From contig NZ_JAVRCP020000024.1 of assembly GCF_034530675.2 (NCBI RefSeq), positions 10,690-74,689 of the forward strand: a stretch of DNA of 64,000 nt, written 5' to 3'. How positions within the stretch are numbered: position 1 is the stretch's first letter; every line of letters starts with the position of its first letter. The notes beneath the pieces were generated by a model, which saw only the letters and a program-made list of their open reading frames with translations, had not been told where the DNA came from and did not search any database. The translations under genes were made by a program, and so were the position numbers. Below are positions 58,832 through 64,000 of the stretch, one piece after another. Origin of the DNA: Nostoc sp. DedVER02 (GTDB lineage Bacteria; Cyanobacteriota; Cyanobacteriia; Cyanobacteriales; Nostocaceae).

Positions 58832-59967
58832 TCAGATAAGCACAACGAACAGAAAGGATTTGGTTGACACTCCCAACATTCCACTGTGCGCCAGAAATTT
58901 TCATCCTAGCTCCAATCTGTTTAATAGCAGACTCGACTGCACCAGAACCAATAGAACAAAGTTGTTCAGCTTGGTAATAAGTATAGTTGACAATACGGGA
59001 GCAATGTTTTTCGAGATAAGCGATGAAGTTCTTAGCTTGTTTGCCTCGGCAATTATGAAATAAAGCCTTGGCTTCTTCAACTTGACCCTGCCATAAAAGA
59101 GTTTCAGCTGCTTTGAGTCGCTTTAAAGAACCACCCACTTTGTAAAGATTTTCCTTGAGATGATACCAATCTAAAATTTCCCAACGCTCAAAATTCTCAC
59201 TTTTACCAAACTCTTTGACGAGATTCCATACACCATCATGACCATCTCCTAAGCAGACTAACGGGTTAACTAGACGCTGGCTATTGATATAATCAATTAA
59301 TGATTGGTTGTCATCAAAAAACGCACCATAGTAAATCCCTTGCAGACGAACGGTTTTATAGTCTCGCCAGTGACAGCCTGCTTTCGGTTTACCCCTAAGT
59401 CGGACTTTTCCTCCATCTACGCTAACTTCTGAAACTGATTGTTTAGCAAGTGGTAGTTGAAAATCTTGTGACATGACTAGTTGTTGTTGTGTTGAGTGAC
59501 CAACTTTTACTCCTGTCAATGCCTCAATCTCGATTTCTGCTTTTTGGTAGGATTCGTTAGCTGATAACCTCAAACAGCACTTTTGAAGTAATGGACAAAA
59601 GCTTCCTTCTTGGCTTTAAACCTAGTCTAATAAGCTGTTTGGCTTTTAATTTCAGTTCCCCTACTAGGCTTTTTATTTTCCTGGTTTTACCTACTTTTGT
59701 TCCAGTTTTTTGTTCGATAAAAAAAGGGCTATTTCTGGGCTGACTAATTCTAATACTTGACTGCGAACTGTTTTTTCTATGCCTTCGAGGTCTGCCAGCT
59801 TACTTTTATCTGCTTCTTCATACAGCAGTGTTGACAATTCTTGTAAGCAGGCTTTGATCCGTTCTTGTTTCTCTTGGTTCATTGTCAGCGATCGCACAGG
59901 GTTCTTTCCCTTTACATTTTCCCATAAATGGTAAATCTTCCAAAACTGGATGCTCCCCATGTGTTCA
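58785..59967 (-). mobile_element. ISKra4-family insertion sequence (~1.18 kb) with terminal inverted repeats
   Basis: IRs are gggagcatccacttttgg (58785-58802) and ccaaaactggatgctcccc (59949-59967), matching at 17 of the 18 aligned positions. Internal transposase motifs include LSANESYQKAEIEIEALTG, GGKVRLRG, LGDGHDGVWN and ILDWYHLKENL. Confidence 0.7.
58812..59882 (-). pseudogene. ISKra4-family transposase, reading frame broken at least twice
   Basis: Three frame segments: 59691-59882 (MNQEKQERIKA...), ~59578-59690 (VGKTRKIKSLVGELKLKAKQ...) and 58812-59573. Confidence 0.6.
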
Positions 59968-60901
59968 ACTTCAAAACAGATCAGGAAAAGCGAAACAAGA
60001 CATCATATTAGAGAAATGCTATAGAAATTCTCGCCCACTCCTAACTTCTGCACATGCTTTGGGTTTTGGAATATATAGAAATGAAGGATTAATCCAAATG
60101 TTTGATGATGCAGGATTATGGAGAGATATTGGTTACGAAGTAGAAGAAGGAAACTTAGATGAAGGAAAGCCTGTAAAGCTTAGTAGAACTAGCGATACTA
60201 GTCCAATATTCCTTGAATCTCACTCAACTATTGATGACTTAATTATATTTAAGTCATTTAATAATAGCCACGAACAAAATGAATGGTTAGTCAATGAAAT
60301 AGAGAAGAACATTAGAGAAGATGAATTAAAGTATGATGACATAATGATTATTCATTCTAACCCGTTTACAACTAAAGATGCCGTTGGAAGCTCTAGGGCT
60401 TTACTCTTTGAAAGAAAGATTAATTCTAACCTAGCTGGAGTAACGAATTCCCGTGATGAATTTTTTAGTGAAGAAGCAGTCACTTTCACGGGTATCTATA
60501 GAGCAAAGGGAAATGAAGCTGCGATGATATATGTTATAAATGCCCATTAATGCTTTTCTGGTACAGAGCTTTCTCAAAAAAGAAATATCTTGTTTACTGC
60601 CATGACAAGAAGTAAAGCTTGGTTAAGAGTATTAGGCTATGGTGAAAATATGAGGGGTTTGGTGAAAGAATTTGAAGAAGTTAGAAAAAGAAACTTTGTT
60701 CTTGAATTTACCTATCCTACAGAAAAAGAACGAATAAGAATGAATGTTATCAATAGAGATATGAGTCCTAAAGAGCGTGAGCGTAGAAGTCAGAACCAAA
60801 GAAATTTAAAAGATATTGTTGAAGATTTAGACAATGGTGTTATACACAAAGAAGATTTGCCACAAGAACTAATAGAAAAATTGAAAAATTACCTACTTTG
60901 A
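59968..60901 (+). pseudogene. SF1 (UvrD/AAA_30-like) helicase, C-terminal half only, with an in-frame TAA at 60548-60550
   Basis: CYRNSRP (motif IV-like), VTFTGIYRAKGNEAAMIYVINA, then after the stop, in the same frame, NILFTAMTRSKAWLRVLG (motif VI-like). The N-terminal ATPase half is missing at the IS boundary. Confidence 0.6.
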
Positions 60902-60902
60902 A

Positions 60903-61562
60903 ATGACTAGTCATCAAGAAATTTATAAAGAAATTAATACCATAACTCAAAAACTAATAGAAGTTAGTTTGTGTGACCAACAAAATTTTCCGTCATCTAC
61001 ATCTATTGGTAAAGATAGTTATGAGATTGCATATTCTGGTATGCAGGATCTCTCAATAGCACTGAAAAATATTGATTACAAGGACATATATCATGAACTA
61101 AACAGAGGTAAAAACTACAACTTCAAAATGATTGATGGTGCGTTAATACAACTTTTGTATACTTATAAAAAGTCCGAGCTAATTTCACATAGGCTTGCTT
61201 TTTTACCATCACCATTTTTAGAAGTTTTCCAGAATGAGCCTACAATTTATGAAGAAGACGAAATATATGCAGATATAATAGCAAAAAATATATTACCAGT
61301 ACCAATTAGGTTCGATTATGATCCAGACAATCATAAAGAATTAGATCACCCCAAATGCCATCTAACCTTGGGACAATTTAAAAATTGTAGAATACCTGTT
61401 TGTTCCCCAATCGCACCGAGTACTTTCATATCCTTTATTATTCGTAGTTTTTACAATACTGCTTTTAGAAAATTTACAGATGATCTTACTTTTTCAAGCA
61501 ACCTTTTCGACAAAACGATAGCTGATGCAGAGAAGAAAGTATTGCACATAGCTATTTATTAA
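60903..61562 (+). CDS. Hypothetical protein, DUF2290-like helicase partner (assignment from memory)
   Basis: 219 aa, starting 1 nt after the helicase stop. HPKCHLTLGQFKNCRIPV resembles the conserved core I recall for DUF2290. Confidence 0.35.
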   Translation: MTSHQEIYKEINTITQKLIEVSLCDQQNFPSSTSIGKDSYEIAYSGMQDLSIALKNIDYKDIYHELNRGKNYNFKMIDGALIQLLYTYKKSELISHRLAFLPSPFLEVFQNEPTIYEEDEIYADIIAKNILPVPIRFDYDPDNHKELDHPKCHLTLGQFKNCRIPVCSPIAPSTFISFIIRSFYNTAFRKFTDDLTFSSNLFDKTIADAEKKVLHIAIY

Positions 61563-61590
61563 TTTTTTTATATAATGCTTCTTGCTTGAC

Positions 61591-61839
61591 CTACTTGTAC
61601 ACTCTTTTAGAGTTGATATCTGAAGTGGGCGATCGCTTTTCTTGACCAGGCTTCTGACGCTTTGCCATTGTTGCAAAAGGCAGGAAGCAGTAAAAACATT
61701 CACCTTGTACCCAATCTGCGGGAATCGGGAAAGGAGTTTCGCAGTTAGTACATTTGCTTAACAGACGTAATTCATGGCGATCGCACTCATGCTCGATCAA
61801 CAAGAGACACTTCCTTGTGATCGCTGTCATCTGGCTCAT
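61591..61839 (-). pseudogene. TniQ-family C-terminal zinc-ribbon remnant (Tn7-like / CAST-type transposon relic)
   Basis: ECDRHELRLLSKCTNCETPFPIPADWVQGECFYCFLPFATMAKRQKP has the C-x2-H...C-x2-C...C-x2-C layout of small cyanobacterial TniQ proteins. A stop lies immediately upstream and the N-terminal two thirds are absent. Confidence 0.45.
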
Positions 61840-62047
61840 ATTCTAAAAGCTCCCCAGGTTGACAATCCAATACCTTACAAATGCCGTTTAATCTTTCTGG
61901 GGTTAATCGTGGCATTTCGTCAACCTTACGCAATCTGTACACCGAATTTTCAGTTATTCCTAACGCCTCAGCTAAATCCTTATTCCTCACTCGCTTTCGC
62001 GCCATCACTTCATTTAATTTCCAGCGAATCACTTTATCCATAGGCAT
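61787..62047 (-). CDS. Cro/C1 (XRE)-type helix-turn-helix transcriptional regulator
   Basis: IRWKLNEVMARKRVRNKDLAEALGITENSVYRLRK...LNGICKVLDCQPGELLEYEPD is a typical small HTH protein. The 3' end reads into the TniQ remnant. Confidence 0.7.
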   Translation of the reverse strand: MPMDKVIRWKLNEVMARKRVRNKDLAEALGITENSVYRLRKVDEMPRLTPERLNGICKVLDCQPGELLEYEPDDSDHKEVSLVDRA

Positions 62048-62080
62048 ATCACTACATCCCCAGTTTAGTAGCTGTTAGAT

Positions 62081-62183
62081 GTAGATTTCTCTACTTGTCA
62101 GTATCTAAATCTACAAGTAGATTTATAACACTCTAGATTTTATAAATCTACACTTGACGTGAATCTACACGTCACGTAGATTA
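62081..62183. promoter_or_regulatory. Array of seven AAATCTAC/GTAGATTT sites (operator array, or transposon-end-like repeats)
   Basis: Sites at 62081, 62107, 62117, 62133, 62144, 62161 and 62176. Two palindromic pairs: AAATCTAC-AA-GTAGATTT and GAATCTAC-N7-GTAGATTA. Confidence 0.5.
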
Positions 62184-62420
62184 ATTGATAGACAAAACAA
62201 AAGCGATCGCCCTCCGGGAAGAGACTGCGATCGCCTTTTGTAAAACCCCATCAGTGAGGTTATTCACATGATTACACAAGAGGCATTTGATGACCAAACT
62301 CTGACGCAATTAGAGTTTGCTGACTATGCTATTAAATTTCCAGTAGATTCGGTTATTGTCACCTCTACCTCAATATTAACGCCTAGCTACTTTCAGCAAC
62401 AGCATCAGCCTACAAATCAG

Positions 62421-62448
62421 CATTCCCTGGCTGACTAATCAGGGAATG
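62421..62448. terminator. 9-bp perfect hairpin between convergent units, downstream of leuD
   Basis: cattccctg - gctgactaat - cagggaatg. No clear T-run. Confidence 0.3.
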
Positions 62449-62456
62449 AGAAAGTA

Positions 62457-63065
62457 TTAACTCGCGGCTAAATTGCCCCAACTCACATAAGGTAATTTTG
62501 CAGCTGTTGCCCGAACTTGGTCAGCATTTGCTACTAACTGACCACAAGCGTCCCAAGTCCCAGAAATGAATGTGCTTCTAGTACCTTCACCGATCGCAAC
62601 TGAGGCGGTGTAATCACCAATTTGCACTTGCAAGGTTTCCAGATTCACTGTTACACCTGCCTGGGGATTGGCACTAACTAAGTCTTGCAGTTGTTTAACA
62701 ATAACAGCATCGGCTGTCACACAAGGTATGCCCATTGCCACACAGTTACCAAAAAAGATTTCTGCGAAGCTTTCACCGATTAAAGCTTGGATTCCCCATT
62801 TTGCGATCGCTTGGGGTGCATGTTCCCTTGATGAACCACAGCCAAAATTTCTATTGACTATTAAAATATTCGCCCCTTGATATTGCGGTTGGTCAAAGGG
62901 ATGTTCACCTTTAAGTGCTGTCCGGTCATCAATAAACGCGCCTTCACCTAACCCATCAAAGGTAACGGCTTTCAAATATCGCGCGGGAATAATGCGATCG
63001 GTATCTATATCATTGCCCACTAAAGGTATACCGCGCCCTGAAACTGTTTTAACTTCACTAACCAT
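62457..63065 (-). CDS. leuD: 3-isopropylmalate dehydratase small subunit
   Basis: [23 protein letters not shown] and [12 protein letters not shown] motifs. Confidence 0.9.
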   Translation of the reverse strand: MVSEVKTVSGRGIPLVGNDIDTDRIIPARYLKAVTFDGLGEGAFIDDRTALKGEHPFDQPQYQGANILIVNRNFGCGSSREHAPQAIAKWGIQALIGESFAEIFFGNCVAMGIPCVTADAVIVKQLQDLVSANPQAGVTVNLETLQVQIGDYTASVAIGEGTRSTFISGTWDACGQLVANADQVRATAAKLPYVSWGNLAAS

Positions 63066-63110
63066 AAACTTTATTTACCTATCATTATCAATGACAGCCT
63101 GTTAATTTCT

Positions 63111-63137
63111 ACAAATGACAAATGACAAATGACAAAA
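63111..63137 (+). repeat. STRR heptamer array (CAAATGA)n between leuC and leuD
   Basis: acaaatgacaaatgacaaatgacaaaa. Confidence 0.9.
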
Positions 63138-63139
63138 AA

Positions 63140-64000
63140 TTACAACAACTCACGCACATCAGAGACTTCGCCTTTAATCGCAGCAGTAGCGACCATCGCC
63201 GGACTCATTAACAATGTCCGGCCCGAGGATGAACCCTGTCTTCCTTTAAAGTTGCGGTTAGAAGAAGAGGCGCTGATTTGTCTTCCTTGTAGCTTATCAG
63301 GGTTCATGGCTAGGCACATAGAACATCCGGGTTCACGCCATTCAAATCCGGCTTCTTGGAAAATTTTATCCAGTCCTTCAGCTTCTGCCTCTTCCTTCAC
63401 CCTTTCAGAACCAGGGACAACAAAAGCTTTGATTCCTTCTGCAACATGGCGACCTTTGGCGATTTTTGCAGCTTCCCGTAAATCACTAATTCTGCCGTTG
63501 GTGCAACTACCAATAAAGCAGACATCTATTTTAGTACCTTTGATAGGTTGACCAGGATACAAATCCATGTATCGATAAGCTTCTTCGGCAATAAATCGGT
63601 CTTCTTCAAGCAGTTCTTCCGGCTGAGGCACTGACTGATTGACACCGATACCTTGACCGGGAGTAATCCCCCAGGTAACAGTAGGAGGAATTTCGGCAGC
63701 GTCAAATACGACTACATCATCATATTGGGCATCAGCATCGCTCTTGATTGAATCCCACCAAGCTACTGCTTTATCCCAATCTGCACCAATGGGAGCAAAA
63801 TCTCTACCTTTAAGGTAATCGTAGGTGACTTGATCGGGATTAATATAGCCGCATCTAGCACCGCCTTCGATCGCCATATTGCAGACAGTCATCCTCTCTT
63901 CCATGTTCATTTGCTCAAATGTCGTACCTGCAAATTCGTAACCATAGCCCACACCGCCTTTTACGCCGAGTGTGCGGATGATATGCAGGATGACATCTTT
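63140..64000 (-). CDS. leuC: 3-isopropylmalate dehydratase large subunit, C-terminal part (5' end outside window)
   Basis: The frame stays open to the window edge ([23 protein letters not shown]...). GSCTNGR and GCSMCLAMN aconitase-family Fe-S motifs. Confidence 0.9.
   Translation of the reverse strand, partial: KDVILHIIRTLGVKGGVGYGYEFAGTTFEQMNMEERMTVCNMAIEGGARCGYINPDQVTYDYLKGRDFAPIGADWDKAVAWWDSIKSDADAQYDDVVVFDAAEIPPTVTWGITPGQGIGVNQSVPQPEELLEEDRFIAEEAYRYMDLYPGQPIKGTKIDVCFIGSCTNGRISDLREAAKIAKGRHVAEGIKAFVVPGSERVKEEAEAEGLDKIFQEAGFEWREPGCSMCLAMNPDKLQGRQISASSSNRNFKGRQGSSSGRTLLMSPAMVATAAIKGEVSDVRELL

Noticed and set aside
61774-62078. Two + strand ORFs (89 aa and 65 aa)
   Set aside because: Antisense to the well-supported HTH regulator gene.
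63129-63551. 140-aa + strand ORF
   Set aside because: Antisense to leuC, whose aconitase-family motifs are unambiguous.

Overview
This 64-kb chromosomal window appears to come from a filamentous, heterocyst-forming cyanobacterium (Nostoc/Anabaena type). The HIP1 palindrome GCGATCGC is very frequent, heptameric STRR arrays (TGACCAA/CAAATGA/CCCAATT types) fill many intergenic spacers, and the gene content is cyanobacterial, including an flv4-sll0218-flv2 operon, an SLH-OprB porin and a group 2 sigma factor. All family assignments come from motifs read by eye; no searches were run.

Gene content in order:
- 1-9.6 kb: partial PP2C phosphatase, small membrane proteins, a SAM methyltransferase, a DUF2079-like membrane protein, an ACC-deaminase-family enzyme, then flv4-sll0218-flv2.
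- 9.7-17.3 kb: a 21-bp tandem palindromic array, a porin flanked by a ~100-bp direct repeat, and an ABC-2/GldG/DUF4340 transporter operon interrupted by a frameshifted four-helix-bundle pseudogene.
- 17.3-30 kb: purU, a divergent pair (membrane/coiled-coil protein and a TerB-dynamin fusion), an M41-like metalloprotease-domain protein, a GGDEF cyclase, alaS, a ureidoglycolate-lyase-like protein and a group 2 sigma factor.
- 30-45 kb: a ~2.9-kb ORF-poor, AT-rich stretch, followed by a visibly AT-rich Wzx/Wzy-type exopolysaccharide cluster of 10 genes headed by a Wzc-like kinase.
- 45-48 kb: creatininase, an aminotransferase and an MBL-fold protein.

The most interesting locus is at 48.2-55.9 kb. 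It is a ~7.5-kb two-gene cassette on the minus strand. A 434-aa P-loop ATPase is translationally coupled (ATGA overlap) to a 2013-aa protein. That protein carries a degenerate NTPase-like module, TPR-like repeats, an active STAND-type P-loop, a single TM helix and about 1000 aa of WD40 repeats. The cassette is bracketed by a direct duplication of the 3' end plus terminator of the MBL gene. The coding differences inside the duplication are synonymous and the junction lies on a HIP1 site. I recognised no effector domain, so this is a candidate NTPase-based conflict or signalling island.

Downstream come ribD and then a decayed mobile/defense patch (57.6-62.4 kb). It holds an ISKra4-like IS with clear inverted repeats but no target-site duplication and a broken transposase. 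The IS joins a truncated membrane protein to an N-terminally truncated SF1 helicase pseudogene, which is followed by an intact DUF2290-like partner ORF. Next are a TniQ C-terminal remnant, a Cro/XRE-type HTH gene and an array of seven AAATCTAC/GTAGATTT sites. The window ends with leuD and a partial leuC.
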